Positions 22,050 through 32,260 are shown, counted from the first letter of the stretch. The stretch: 64,000 nt of DNA from a bacterium BMS3Abin02 (GCA_002897675.1 BDSU01000045.1:23282-87281); one strand, 5' to 3'. The notes: a model not told the origin generated them from the sequence alone. Numbers and translations are program-made.

Positions 22050-22063
22050 CTTGCATTTGCAAG
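22050..22063. promoter_or_regulatory. 14-bp perfect palindrome CTTGCA-TT-TGCAAG inside an AT-rich divergent promoter region (candidate repressor operator)
   Basis: Lies in ...tgccattgtttgcattatcgcattttctgcttgcatttgcaagc..., the only AT-rich stretch between the divergent acyl-CoA dehydrogenase and ABC exporter genes. TTGCAT occurs three times. Confidence 0.45.
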
Positions 22064-22211
22064 CTGCTGGCGTCGCTCGTGACAGCACGATCGGGGTGAG
22101 TGCTTGGCCTGCGCATCAGGTCTGGGACGGTCTCATCGGCCGGGGCACGGGTAGGCGGCGGGAGGATATTCGACCGTGACGGGAAGTGTCGACCGGTAGC
22201 CTTCTCCTCTC

Positions 22212-23963
22212 ATGCTTCGTCGCTATCTGGCTCTGCTCGTTGGCTATCTGCGTCCGCAGCGCGGTCGTGTCGTCGTGCTCACCCTGCTGTTGCTCGCGGG
22301 GATCACCTTCCAGCTGATCAACCCGCAGATCGTGCGACGGTTCATCGACGGGGCGACTTCGGGTTCTCCTCGTTCTGCTCTCGTTGTTCTGGCGGTGCTG
22401 TTCATGGCGCTGGCAATGGCGCAGCAGGCATTCTCCGTTTGCGCCACCTACCTGGCGGAAACGGTGGGATGGGCGGCGACGAACGAACTGCGTGGCGATC
22501 TCGCCGACCATCTCCTTCGTCTCGATATGAGCTTCCACAAGTCCCACACGCCCGGTGAGCTCATCGAACGGATCGACGGAGACATCACGGCCCTGTCGAA
22601 CTTCTTCTCCCAGTTCGTCATCCACGTCGCCGGGAACCTGGTGCTCCTCCTCGGAATCCTCGTTCTTCTGTTCAGAGAGAACCCGTGGATCGGTCTCGGG
22701 ATCTCGGTGTTTGCCGTCACGGCGCTCGCGGGAATGATCGGTATCCAGGCTCTTGCGATGCCGTGGTGGAAACGCGTCCGTCAGAAGAGCGCAGAGTTCT
22801 ACGGATTCCTCGGTGAGCAACTCGGTGGCACGGAGGATGTCCGGGCGAACGGTGGTGTCGCGTTCGTCGTCGAGCGGTTCTCGCAGCATCTGCGGGAATG
22901 GCTTCCCGCCTCGGTCCGGGGCTTCATGGGATGGGCACATCTGTGGTCGACCAACATCGTGTTGTTCTCGGCGCTCACCGCACTGGTGTACTGGCTGGGT
23001 TCCAGGTTCTTCGGAGAAGGAGCGTTGAGCATCGGCTCGGTGTACCTCGTCTTCTCCTACAGCGAACTGATGCGGCAGCCCATGGATCGCATTCGGACGC
23101 AGATGCAGGATCTTCAGAAGGCTGCCGCAGCTCTCACCAGGGTCGAAACCCTGCTTGCCCTCGAGTCGCGTCTGCCACAGGACGGAACGATGCTGCTTCC
23201 CACCGGCGCGCTCTCGGTGGCGCTCCAGGGTGTCTCATTTGCCTATCACGACGGAGATGACGGATCCGGCGAGATCGTTCTTCATGATCTCGATGTTGCT
23301 CTCAAAGCCGGCAGGATCCTTGGCGTGCTCGGACGCACCGGCAGCGGGAAGACGACACTGGTCAGGCTCCTGACGCGCCTGCATGACCCGGTCGAGGGCA
23401 CGGTGACGCTTGGGGACGTGACACTGCGGCAAACTGACATGGCGGATCTGCGCCGGCGGGTGGGGATGGTCACACAGGACGTCCAGCTCTTTCGTGCGAC
23501 GGTGCGGGACAACCTCAGTTTCTTCGACTCGGAGATAGACGATCGGAAGATCCACGCGGTCCTCGACGAGCTTGGACTGTCCGATTGGGTACAGGCACTT
23601 CCTCACGGTCTCGACACGACCCTCGAGGCCGGAGGCGGCGGGTTGTCCGCGGGCGAAGCGCAACTTCTTGCTTTCACTCGCATCTTCCTTCGAGACCCCG
23701 GCCTGGTCATCTTGGACGAGGCTTCGTCGAGACTCGATCTGGCGACCGAGCAGCTCATCGATCGCGCCGTCGACCGTCTCATGGCCGGCAGAACCGGGAT
23801 CGTGATCGCCCATCGGCTCTCAACGGTGACGCGCGCCGACGACATACTGATCCTCGAAGGCGGCAGGGTCGTGGAGTTCGGGAGCAGAGAGGCGCTCGTG
23901 GGAGACCCCGACTCTCGGTTTTCGTTCTTCCTTCGGGTTGGCATGGAGGAGGTGCTCGAGTGA
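22212..23963 (+). CDS. ABC exporter, fused transmembrane + ATP-binding subunit (first of a heterodimer pair)
   Basis: Six TM helices then an NBD with Walker A GRTGSGKTT, signature LSAGEAQLLAFTRIF, Walker B LVILDEASSRLD. Confidence 0.9.
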   Translation: MLRRYLALLVGYLRPQRGRVVVLTLLLLAGITFQLINPQIVRRFIDGATSGSPRSALVVLAVLFMALAMAQQAFSVCATYLAETVGWAATNELRGDLADHLLRLDMSFHKSHTPGELIERIDGDITALSNFFSQFVIHVAGNLVLLLGILVLLFRENPWIGLGISVFAVTALAGMIGIQALAMPWWKRVRQKSAEFYGFLGEQLGGTEDVRANGGVAFVVERFSQHLREWLPASVRGFMGWAHLWSTNIVLFSALTALVYWLGSRFFGEGALSIGSVYLVFSYSELMRQPMDRIRTQMQDLQKAAAALTRVETLLALESRLPQDGTMLLPTGALSVALQGVSFAYHDGDDGSGEIVLHDLDVALKAGRILGVLGRTGSGKTTLVRLLTRLHDPVEGTVTLGDVTLRQTDMADLRRRVGMVTQDVQLFRATVRDNLSFFDSEIDDRKIHAVLDELGLSDWVQALPHGLDTTLEAGGGGLSAGEAQLLAFTRIFLRDPGLVILDEASSRLDLATEQLIDRAVDRLMAGRTGIVIAHRLSTVTRADDILILEGGRVVEFGSREALVGDPDSRFSFFLRVGMEEVLE

Positions 23964-25744
23964 AACGCGACCGCTTGACACTCCATCTGATGTGGGGGCT
24001 GATCCGATTCCAGCCGTTGCGGTATCTTGCGAACGTGGCTGCATGGGCGACGGTGTGGGTGATGCCGGCGATACCAGGGCTGATCACGAAGGCCTTCTTC
24101 GACCGCATCACCGGGGACCAGGCCGCAGGCTTCACCGTTGGAACACTCATTGCGTTCCTCGGCGCGTACGCGGTGGCTCGAGTCGGCGTCGTCCAGTTCG
24201 GGATGTTCAACGATGAGAACTTCCGTTTCCGAGGCTCCGCTCTGTTGCGCAGGAACCTGCTCGAACGGATCCTCGAGCTCCCCGGCGCGCGGGCGATTCC
24301 CGACTCGCCGGGAGAGGCGATCAGTCGCTTCCGCGACGACGTGGACCAGGTTGCCGAGACGATTTCGTGGACGAGCGACATGATTGGCACGGTGCTGTTC
24401 GCAGCGGTCGCGGTGGGGATCTTGTCGTCGATCAATGCGCGGATCACCCTCATCATCTTCGTCCCGTTGGTGTTGGTGATCGTTGCTGCGGAACGGGCGG
24501 GTACTCGCATTCGCGTATACCGGACCGCGGCTCGTGAGGCGACCGGCCGCGTGACCGGTGCAATTGGAGAGATGTTCGGATCGGTGCAGGCGATCAAGGT
24601 GGCCGGGGCAGAAGAAGGCATGGTTCGCCACTTCCGCAGACTCAACGACGAGCGAAGAGTCGTCGCCGTCAGAGATCGAGTGTTCACCGCGATCCTCGAG
24701 TCGATCTTCTGGAACACGGTCAACATCGGGACCGGAATCATCCTGATCTTGGCCGCAGGGACAATGAGCCCCGGGGGGACGTTCACCGTCGGCGACTTCG
24801 CGATCTTCGTGTACTTTCTGACGTTCGCCACCGACATGGTGCACTTCATGGGACTGTTCATCGCGAGACTGCGGCAGTCGTCTGTCGCGTTCGATCGCCT
24901 GCATGAACTACTTCAGGGCGCACCCGCGGATCGGATGGTGGAATCCAGGGCGTTGCATCTCATAGGCGACGTTCCGACCCTCCCCGATCTTCCGGAGCGA
25001 GAACCGCTGGAACGACTCGAAGTGCGCGGGCTCACGTACCACTACCCCGGGAGCGGCAATGGGATCGAGAGCATCGACATGACGCTCGAGCGGGGCAGTT
25101 TCACCGTCATCACCGGAAGGATCGGTTCCGGAAAGACGACACTGTTGAGGACACTCCTGGGTCTGTTCGATGCGTGTGACGGGGAGATCTTCTGGAACGG
25201 TCGTCGTGTCGGTGACCCCGCCACGTTCTTCGTGCCGCCCCGCAGCGCATACACCCCGCAGGTCTCGTTGCTGTTCTCGATGAGCCTGAGGGACAATCTG
25301 GCGATGGGCTTGCCTGTAGACGACGACGCGATCTCCGCGGCGATCCGTGCCGCGGTGCTCGAGGAGGACGTCGCCGCCATGCCCGAGGGTCTGGAAACAC
25401 AAGTCGGCCCCCTTGGGGTTCGATTGTCGGGCGGACAGGTGCAGCGCACTGCAGCCGCACGCATGTTCATGCGGGAACCGGAGCTGTACGTGTTCGACGA
25501 CCTGTCGAGCGCACTCGACGTGGATACGGAACGCACTCTGTGGGAACGGATGTTCGCCGAGCACGCCCAGGCAACCAGCCTGGTCGTGTCCCATCGCCGA
25601 GCCGCGCTGCGGCGCGCCGATGAGATCGTCGTGATGGATGGGGGTCGTATCTCTGCCAGAGGGACCCTCGCGGAGCTGTTGGAGTCCAGCGAGGAGCTGC
25701 GCCGCCTGTGGTCCGATGAACCGGGTCAGGGCAGTGAAGGATGA
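23960..25744 (+). CDS. ABC exporter, fused transmembrane + ATP-binding subunit (second of the pair)
   Basis: GTG start overlapping the previous stop (GTGA). TMD then NBD with GRIGSGKTT, LSGGQVQRTAAARMF, LYVFDDLSSALD. An alternative ATG start at ~23991 is possible. Confidence 0.85.
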   Translation: MKRDRLTLHLMWGLIRFQPLRYLANVAAWATVWVMPAIPGLITKAFFDRITGDQAAGFTVGTLIAFLGAYAVARVGVVQFGMFNDENFRFRGSALLRRNLLERILELPGARAIPDSPGEAISRFRDDVDQVAETISWTSDMIGTVLFAAVAVGILSSINARITLIIFVPLVLVIVAAERAGTRIRVYRTAAREATGRVTGAIGEMFGSVQAIKVAGAEEGMVRHFRRLNDERRVVAVRDRVFTAILESIFWNTVNIGTGIILILAAGTMSPGGTFTVGDFAIFVYFLTFATDMVHFMGLFIARLRQSSVAFDRLHELLQGAPADRMVESRALHLIGDVPTLPDLPEREPLERLEVRGLTYHYPGSGNGIESIDMTLERGSFTVITGRIGSGKTTLLRTLLGLFDACDGEIFWNGRRVGDPATFFVPPRSAYTPQVSLLFSMSLRDNLAMGLPVDDDAISAAIRAAVLEEDVAAMPEGLETQVGPLGVRLSGGQVQRTAAARMFMREPELYVFDDLSSALDVDTERTLWERMFAEHAQATSLVVSHRRAALRRADEIVVMDGGRISARGTLAELLESSEELRRLWSDEPGQGSEG

Positions 25745-25940
25745 CCGGTCATGACACCACCGTATCGGACGGCGTTGGTGGCGGACTCGGCCGGCAGCCG
25801 TCCCGAAACAGCCGGCGCTCGTAGGGATGTCCGCCGGCGCGGCCGTCCGGACCTCTTGCCGGTGAGAAGCAGAGACGTTCCCGGCTGCGAATCCAGCACC
25901 CTGTGGGAGCCGCTCCGACCCGTATGAGACGTGCCTCTCT

Positions 25941-26846
25941 GTGGGTATCCTGCGGGTCGTGAACGTGCGCGCCGAACGAATCCACACCGTCCGCAAGACC
26001 TTGTGGATCGTTCTCGGCCTGAATCTGGCGGTCGCCGGCGCCAAGCTCGGCTACGGGGTGATTACGGGATCGGTGGCAATGACCGCCGACGGATTCCACT
26101 CGCTCTTCGATGGGTTGTCCAACGTGATCGGGCTGCTCGGGATGGCCATCGCCGGACGTCCTCCGGATGAGGGGCATCCGTACGGCCACGGCAAGTACGA
26201 GACGTACGCTGCAGCGGCGATCGGAGGGGTACTGGTCGTCGTGGCATGGGAAGTCGGTCGCAGCGCCATGGAAGGACTCACCAGCGGTGCTCAGCCACCC
26301 CTCGTCACCTCGATTTCGTTCATCGTGATGTTGGTGACTCTGGCGGTGAATGTCGGGGTGACGATAGGCGAACGTCGCGTCGGCAAGCGAGTGGGCAGTG
26401 ACCTCTTGCTCGCCGACGCCAGCGACACCGCCTCGGACATCATCGTCAGCCTCGGTGTGATCGGCAGCCTGGTGGCCGTCCGGCTCGGCTATCCGACGGC
26501 CGACCCGATCATCGCGCTTCTCGTAGCGTTGGCCATCATTCGTACCGCGATCTCCGTTCTGGCACGTGCCGAAGCGACGTTCTCGGATCGGGCACGCCTC
26601 GACGCAGACGAAGTCTGTCGGGTCGTGAGAACCGTAGAGGGTGTGCAGGGGTGCCATTCGGTTCGGACGCGAGGCTCGATGTCGGAGGTATTCGTCGATC
26701 TGCACGCCGAAGTCGACCCCGACACCACCGTCGAGGAGGGGCACCGCATGAGCAGGGCCGTCATGGAGCAGGTTCGTGAGGCGTTCCCCGAGGTGGTCGA
26801 CGTGCTCGTGCATCTGTGCCCTTCCGGGGTCCGACACTCGGGATGA
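25941..26846 (+). CDS. cation diffusion facilitator (CDF) family divalent-metal efflux transporter
   Basis: TM II/V signature (AMTADGFHSLFDGLSNVIGLLG; ASDTASDIIVSLGVIGSL) and a cytoplasmic C-terminal domain. Confidence 0.9.
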   Translation: MGILRVVNVRAERIHTVRKTLWIVLGLNLAVAGAKLGYGVITGSVAMTADGFHSLFDGLSNVIGLLGMAIAGRPPDEGHPYGHGKYETYAAAAIGGVLVVVAWEVGRSAMEGLTSGAQPPLVTSISFIVMLVTLAVNVGVTIGERRVGKRVGSDLLLADASDTASDIIVSLGVIGSLVAVRLGYPTADPIIALLVALAIIRTAISVLARAEATFSDRARLDADEVCRVVRTVEGVQGCHSVRTRGSMSEVFVDLHAEVDPDTTVEEGHRMSRAVMEQVREAFPEVVDVLVHLCPSGVRHSG

Positions 26847-27392
26847 TCAGGGCCTCTTGCGGGCCTTCCAGATCTCTTCGGGCGGCCGGCGGCGGGCCCG
26901 GTCGAGGTCGACGAACTCGCCGCCGGGTCGCAACACCCGGGCGGCTTCGGGGATACGGCGGTACGGGTCGGACCAGATGGCGGCGCCGTACTCGGAGATG
27001 ACCAGATCCAAGCTCTCGTCGGCGAATGGCAGCGCCTCTGCGATTCCGTGAATCAGCGGGAACCGCAGGGCACGCTCGTCCTGGAGTGGTCGTGCAGTGG
27101 CGAGCTGCGCAGGAGAGTTGTCGAGTCCGACGACCCTGGCTCCCCGTCTGGCCGGCCACGCGGAGACATAGGCAGTCCCACAGTCATCTTCGAGCACGTC
27201 CTTGCCGTCGACGTCGGAGAGGAGCCGGAGTTCGGTCTCGGCCATGCCCCGGATTCCCCATGACGGTTCGCTCACCCAGTCGTGTTCCCCGGCGGCGACG
27301 TAGTCGCCGGCGGAGTCGTTCCACACGGTCCGGCTGCACCGATGTAGTCGGGCAGGTTCATCGAGACTCGCGCTATTCGACGAGTCCCGCAC
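26847..27392 (-). CDS. class I SAM-dependent methyltransferase-like protein, possibly C-terminally truncated
   Basis: Motif I VLEDDCGTAYVSAW, motif II LPFADESLDLVISEYG, LRPGGEF. Only ~25 aa follow the post-II motif, so it is shorter than a complete Rossmann MTase. Confidence 0.45.
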   Translation of the reverse strand: MRDSSNSASLDEPARLHRCSRTVWNDSAGDYVAAGEHDWVSEPSWGIRGMAETELRLLSDVDGKDVLEDDCGTAYVSAWPARRGARVVGLDNSPAQLATARPLQDERALRFPLIHGIAEALPFADESLDLVISEYGAAIWSDPYRRIPEAARVLRPGGEFVDLDRARRRPPEEIWKARKRP

Positions 27393-27426
27393 CGCTATGA
27401 TTTGGTGATCGGCGAAAGGAAGTTCT

Positions 27427-27621
27427 TTGGCAATCCCGTGGGCGGCCCTGGCTCCGCTGATAGCGCTTTCCCTCGCCTTCGTCGTCTACTGCTGGGTCGA
27501 CATCGCCCGGTCGCGCGTGCGATATCTCCCCAAATGGCTGTGGGCGGTCATCTGCATCATCTCTGTGCCCGCCGGGGGCATCATCTATCTGCTGATCGGC
27601 CGGGAAGAGGGAAGTCCGTGA
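27427..27621 (+). CDS. PLD-nuclease N-terminal (PLDc_N) domain small membrane protein
   Basis: 64 aa, two TM helices, conserved YLPKWLWAVICIISVPAGGIIYLLIG. Stop overlaps the GTG start of the downstream ABC ATPase. Confidence 0.6.
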   Translation: MAIPWAALAPLIALSLAFVVYCWVDIARSRVRYLPKWLWAVICIISVPAGGIIYLLIGREEGSP

Positions 27622-28499
27622 TCGTCCACACCACCGGCCTCGTCAAGGAGTACGGTTCCACGACCGCCTTGGCGGGGGTCGATCTCGAGGTGAGTGAGGG
27701 TTCGGTGTACGGATTGGTCGGGCCGAACGGCGCGGGCAAGACGACGCTGCTCGCGATCCTCTCCGGGTTGCGGCACTCGACTCGCGGGTCGGTGCATCTT
27801 GGCGTTTCCTCTGCCGAGATGGCCGTGCTCCCGGACACTCCCCATTTCGACAAGTGGCTGACGGGTCGAGAAGTCGTCGACCTCGCTCGAAACCTGTCAG
27901 AGCGCTCGATCGCCGAGTCACGCGTGGGAGAGGTTCTGGAGCTGACCGGAATCATCGACGCGGCAGAGCAGAAGGTCGGCGGATACTCACGAGGCATGCT
28001 CCAACGCCTCGGGCTTGCCGCAACTGTCGTGGCCGAACCGAAACTGCTGCTCCTCGATGAGCCGTCGGCCGCACTCGATCCGGCCGGCCGTCGAGAGGTG
28101 CTGGATCTCGTTGCGAAGATTCGTGGCGAGGCGACCGTCGTGTTCTCGAGCCACATCCTCTCCGACGTGCAAGAGGTCTGTGACACGGTCGGAATCCTGG
28201 ACCATGGCCGGCTTCGGTTCCAAGGACCGATCGGTGAGCTGCTGAGCGGCCGGGCGGCACCCGCGTACCGGGTGCGTCTTCGGCCTCCGGCTGCGCCTGC
28301 GGTCGCTGCTCTCGAAGAGCAGTCGTGGGTGCAGCAGGTTGCCGTGCTCGGTGATGGCGACCTGCGTGTGTCGGTGACCTCACTCGAGGCCGCGGAGCGA
28401 TACCTGCCCGGCGTACTCGCGGGCGTGGAGGCGCGTGTCGTGTCGATCGCTCCGGAAGCCGCCACGCTCGAAGAGGTGTTCCTGGAGCTGACCCGATGA
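27618..28499 (+). CDS. ABC transporter ATP-binding protein (ABC-2 type)
   Basis: GPNGAGKTTLLAILSGL (Walker A), YSRGMLQRLGLAATV (signature), LLLLDEPSAALD (Walker B). GTG start at 27618 overlapping the upstream stop. Confidence 0.85.
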   Translation: MIVHTTGLVKEYGSTTALAGVDLEVSEGSVYGLVGPNGAGKTTLLAILSGLRHSTRGSVHLGVSSAEMAVLPDTPHFDKWLTGREVVDLARNLSERSIAESRVGEVLELTGIIDAAEQKVGGYSRGMLQRLGLAATVVAEPKLLLLDEPSAALDPAGRREVLDLVAKIRGEATVVFSSHILSDVQEVCDTVGILDHGRLRFQGPIGELLSGRAAPAYRVRLRPPAAPAVAALEEQSWVQQVAVLGDGDLRVSVTSLEAAERYLPGVLAGVEARVVSIAPEAATLEEVFLELTR

Positions 28500-29245
28500 A
28501 CCTCTGGCGGCTGGAGTGGCTTCGACTGTGGCGCACCAAGCGATGGATCGCCCTGGTGGGTGTGTACCTCTTCTTCGGGTTCCTCGGCCCCCTCAGCGCC
28601 CGCTACCTCAACGAGATCCTGGCCCGGACCGCACAGCTGCAGGAAGGTGCGGTCATCAAACTGCCGCCTCCGACTCCCGCGGATGGGATCGCCCAGTACG
28701 TCGGAAACGCCGCGCAGCTGGGCATCCTGGTCGTGGTCGTGGTCGCTGCCGGCGCGTTCGTGATGAAACCGGAGATGGCAACATTCCTGCGCACGCGTGT
28801 CCAGGGGATGGTCCGGCTGCTCGCTCCACGCTACGTCGTCAGCGTGGCCGCGGCCACCGGAGCGTTTCTGCTGGGGACCGGCGCGGCATGGTACGAGACG
28901 AGCGTGCTCCTCGGTGGTCTTCCGGCAGGACGGATGCTTGCAGGCGCCGGCTACGGGGTCCTGGCGCTCCTGTTTGTCGTGTCGGTGGTCGCTGCCGTGT
29001 CCTCTCGGTCCAAGAACACGCTTGGGACGGTCCTGATCTCCATCGTTGTCCTGCTGCTGCTCCCGCTGGTCGGCCTGATTCACGGCGTGGCCAAGTGGGT
29101 GCCCACTTCGCTGATCTCGGCGATGAGCGACCTCGCCCGGGATGCCTCCGTGGGCGACTTCACAAAGACGGCGATCGTGACGGTGGTTGTCACCGCGGGG
29201 CTGCTGTGGTTCGCCGTGTGGGGGCATGCGCACCGCGAGGTGTGA
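28496..29245 (+). CDS. ABC-2 type transporter permease
   Basis: ATGA overlap with the ATPase gene; six hydrophobic helices. Confidence 0.6.
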   Translation: MNLWRLEWLRLWRTKRWIALVGVYLFFGFLGPLSARYLNEILARTAQLQEGAVIKLPPPTPADGIAQYVGNAAQLGILVVVVVAAGAFVMKPEMATFLRTRVQGMVRLLAPRYVVSVAAATGAFLLGTGAAWYETSVLLGGLPAGRMLAGAGYGVLALLFVVSVVAAVSSRSKNTLGTVLISIVVLLLLPLVGLIHGVAKWVPTSLISAMSDLARDASVGDFTKTAIVTVVVTAGLLWFAVWGHAHREV

Positions 29246-29319
29246 TGGGCCGGGTCGCGAGTATGAGCGCTTCCTGGTAGCTCTCATGCTCGGAAGCGGA
29301 GGAGGCGGGCGGCCTGTCG

Positions 29320-30516
29320 TCAACCCGTTCGCAGCGCTTCGGTCGGTGACATCCTCGCGGCACGCATGGCGGGGTAGAGGCCGGCGATCGCTCCGATGGC
29401 CAGAGCGGCACCCAGCCCGCCGACCCACGAGATCGTCGGGATCAGCGTCGTCCAACCTTTCAGCTGTGAGTAGGCGGCCGTGACCGCAGCTCCGAGGGCG
29501 ACGCCGCCGAGTCCACCGACCGCCGAGAGCAGGAACGACTCTCCGAGGAATTGGAGTGCCACGTGCCGTCGCGTTGCGCCGAGAGCTCTTCGAAGCCCGA
29601 TCTCGGAGCGACGCTCCAGCACCGAGATCACCATGACATTCGCGATGCCGACGCCCCCGACGAGGAGCGCGATGGCACCGAGCCCGAGAAAGAGCGCGGT
29701 GAGCGCGTCGTCCGCCGCTTCGCGTGCTTCGAGAGCATCGGTCGGTCGGGAGACCTCCACTTCTTCGGGGTTCTCCGGGTTGGTCGTCGCGGCGAGCACA
29801 CCCATGACCGCGTCGACCTGATCCGGAGTCGTTCTCACGTAGAGGGTGCTCGGTACGCCGTCGGCGTCGAGGTAGGTTTTCGCAGCCTGGATCGGTACGA
29901 TCGCGGCACGATCGAGATCGGGGCTCAGATCGAGCGGGTCGAGGATTCCCCGGACGGCGAACCATTGATCCCCGAGCCATACCTTCGGGGCGGCGTCCAG
30001 GCTGGAGATCCCCAGCCGTTCAGCGGCGACGGCACCGAGTACGACGGTTGGGTAGGAACCTTGCTCATCGAGGAACGTGCCGTCGGCAACGGTGCCTTGG
30101 AGCGTGTCGAGAAGGCTCGGATTCGCAGCCCTGACGGTGATCCCGCCGCTCTGTGTGGAGGGCACGTAATCGGTGCGATAGACCTTCGCGTCGACGTTGC
30201 TGACCGAGGAGACGGCCTGCACCGGTCCGATCCGCTCGATCATGGACACGGCCGTATCGGGAAGCTCCCCTCTGCCGATGCCGATTCCCTGGCCGGCTTC
30301 CACGGTGAGGAGGTTCGTGCCGAGCCGATCGAGTTTGGCCAGCAGATCCGACTTGCTCGACTCGGAGAGTCCGAGCACGCCGACGATCGCTGCGATGCCG
30401 ATCATGATGCCGAGCATCGACAGGGCCGCGCGCAGCTTGCGCGTGCGGAGGCCCACCGTGGCCGTGCGGAACACGTCACCGATGTGCAGTTTGGACGGAG
30501 TCAGGCCATCCGGCAT
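29320..30516 (-). CDS. ABC transporter permease, MacB/FtsX-like
   Basis: N-terminal TM, large extracytoplasmic domain, C-terminal FtsX 3-TM bundle (ALTALFLGLGAIALLVGGVGIANVMVISVLERRSEIGLRRALGATRRHVALQFLGESFLLS). Confidence 0.85.
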   Translation of the reverse strand: MPDGLTPSKLHIGDVFRTATVGLRTRKLRAALSMLGIMIGIAAIVGVLGLSESSKSDLLAKLDRLGTNLLTVEAGQGIGIGRGELPDTAVSMIERIGPVQAVSSVSNVDAKVYRTDYVPSTQSGGITVRAANPSLLDTLQGTVADGTFLDEQGSYPTVVLGAVAAERLGISSLDAAPKVWLGDQWFAVRGILDPLDLSPDLDRAAIVPIQAAKTYLDADGVPSTLYVRTTPDQVDAVMGVLAATTNPENPEEVEVSRPTDALEAREAADDALTALFLGLGAIALLVGGVGIANVMVISVLERRSEIGLRRALGATRRHVALQFLGESFLLSAVGGLGGVALGAAVTAAYSQLKGWTTLIPTISWVGGLGAALAIGAIAGLYPAMRAARMSPTEALRTG

Positions 30517-31220
30517 CAGGCCGCGACCCCGGTGTCGTAGTCGATGATGCCGTCCCTGATACCGACGCGACGGGGCATCTGCTCGGCGATCTCGCGGTTG
30601 TGGGTGATCACGACGATCGTGACTCCGTCGGTGTTGAGATCTTCGAGGAGTTCCACGATGGCGTCACTCGAGAGCGTGTCGAGGTTTCCGGTCGGCTCGT
30701 CGGCAAGGACGATGGCCGGGTTTCCCACGATGGCCCTGGCGACGGCGACCCGCTGTCGTTCGCCACCGGACAGCTTGTTCGACACCTGATCGAGGCGGTG
30801 CCCGAGTCCGACACGTTCCAGCGCCGCGGCGGCCATCTCGCGGCGCTTCCTGGCCGGGATTCCCGTGTAGAGAAGGCCGTCCGCCACGTTGTCGAGTGCC
30901 GTGTAGTCGCTGAGAAGAAAGAACTGCTGGAAGACGAAGCCGATGTGACGCGAGCGCAACGCGGACATCTGTCTGTCCGACAGAGAGGCGATGTCGAAAC
31001 CGGCGACATGGATCCGGCCGGACGAAGGGCGATCGAGCGTCCCCATGATGTGGAGCAGCGTCGATTTGCCCGATCCGGACGGTCCGACGACGGAGACGAG
31101 CTCGCCGGAGCGGATCTGCAGATCGACCCCGCGAAGTGCCCGCACCGGCGGCGTACCGGCATACGTCTTGACCACATTGGAGAGTGACAGGACGACCGAG
31201 GGTCCGGTGGGCTCCGTCAC
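30516..31220 (-). CDS. ABC transporter ATP-binding protein, MacB/LolD-type
   Basis: GPSGSGKSTLLHIMG, LSGGERQRVAVARAI, VLADEPTGNLD; ATGA-type overlap with the permease gene. Confidence 0.9.
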   Translation of the reverse strand: MTEPTGPSVVLSLSNVVKTYAGTPPVRALRGVDLQIRSGELVSVVGPSGSGKSTLLHIMGTLDRPSSGRIHVAGFDIASLSDRQMSALRSRHIGFVFQQFFLLSDYTALDNVADGLLYTGIPARKRREMAAAALERVGLGHRLDQVSNKLSGGERQRVAVARAIVGNPAIVLADEPTGNLDTLSSDAIVELLEDLNTDGVTIVVITHNREIAEQMPRRVGIRDGIIDYDTGVAA

Positions 31221-32260
31221 GGAACCACGACCCGGTCGCCGGTCCCCAAATCACCGGAGGTGATCTCGACGAGCCCATCGGCGTACATGCCCGGCTCGAC
31301 GGCCACGAGATGCGTCGAATCGCCATCGTCGACCTCCACGGCGTAGCCGCCTTCCGAGAGTGCCAGCAGTGCGGTCACGGGTACGGCCAGGACGCCATAC
31401 GCCGCGTCGGTGACGATGCTGACGTCGACCGTCGAGTTCCCGAAACTCGCTGCGGCCTTCGGATCATCCAGAGAGATCGTCACCGAGGTCGATGCCACCC
31501 CTCCTTGACCGACACTCGTATCGAGCGATGTCACGGTTCCGCCCATGTCGGTATCGTTGGGAAGTGTCACCGTGACACGGTCGTCCACCTCGAACAGTCC
31601 TTCGTCCGAAGGGTCCAGGATCACGGTGACCACCGAGTCGCTGGAAGACGTGGACAGCACAGGTGTTCCGTCGCGGACACCTGAACCCAGTTGAACGAGC
31701 GTGTCGGCCACTCGCACCGGTCCTGGAAGGAACACGACCTCGCCGAGGTCGACGACCCCATCGACGGGGGCGCCGATGTCCTCTTGCCAATCCCTGACCA
31801 TCGTTCGCGTGTAGGAGGTGAACTCCTCGTCGACGGTCACTTTGCCGTCGGGGTCATAGCCGAGAGCCACGAGCGCGTCCTCCAGCTGCCTCACATCGGC
31901 ACCCTCGCTGCCCTTTCGCATCGGACGCCACGCAGGCGAATCTCCGTAGAGGAGGGTGACGGGCTGGTCGTTGATGACGAAGAGGGTGTCTCCCTGCTCG
32001 AGGGTCGAGTCATCGTCGGCGGAGGAGACGAGAGTTCCGTTGAGACGATTCAGAATCGGGTCTGTGGAGGTGTAGCCGAGAGTCCCGCTCACCGTCTCGG
32101 TCTGTTTGAGGTCGGTGACGGCCGCTTCAGCGAATCGGAGGGTTCTGGTGGTCGTGGCAGTCGCGTTCTCTGTCCCACCTTTGACGGAATACCAGATGCC
32201 GGCTCCTCCGGCGACCAGAATCACGATGATGGCGGCAATCCAGCGTCCCACTCGCCCCAT
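31217..32260 (-). CDS. membrane-anchored periplasmic adaptor (HlyD/MacA-like) with a peptidoglycan-binding domain
   Basis: N-terminal TM anchor. PG_binding_1-like segment (RQLEDALVALGYDPDGKVTVDEEFTSYTRTMVRDWQEDIG), then a beta-barrel/lipoyl-like region ending VEITSGDLGTGDRVVVP typical of MFP adaptors. Confidence 0.6.
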   Translation of the reverse strand: MGRVGRWIAAIIVILVAGGAGIWYSVKGGTENATATTTRTLRFAEAAVTDLKQTETVSGTLGYTSTDPILNRLNGTLVSSADDDSTLEQGDTLFVINDQPVTLLYGDSPAWRPMRKGSEGADVRQLEDALVALGYDPDGKVTVDEEFTSYTRTMVRDWQEDIGAPVDGVVDLGEVVFLPGPVRVADTLVQLGSGVRDGTPVLSTSSSDSVVTVILDPSDEGLFEVDDRVTVTLPNDTDMGGTVTSLDTSVGQGGVASTSVTISLDDPKAAASFGNSTVDVSIVTDAAYGVLAVPVTALLALSEGGYAVEVDDGDSTHLVAVEPGMYADGLVEITSGDLGTGDRVVVP

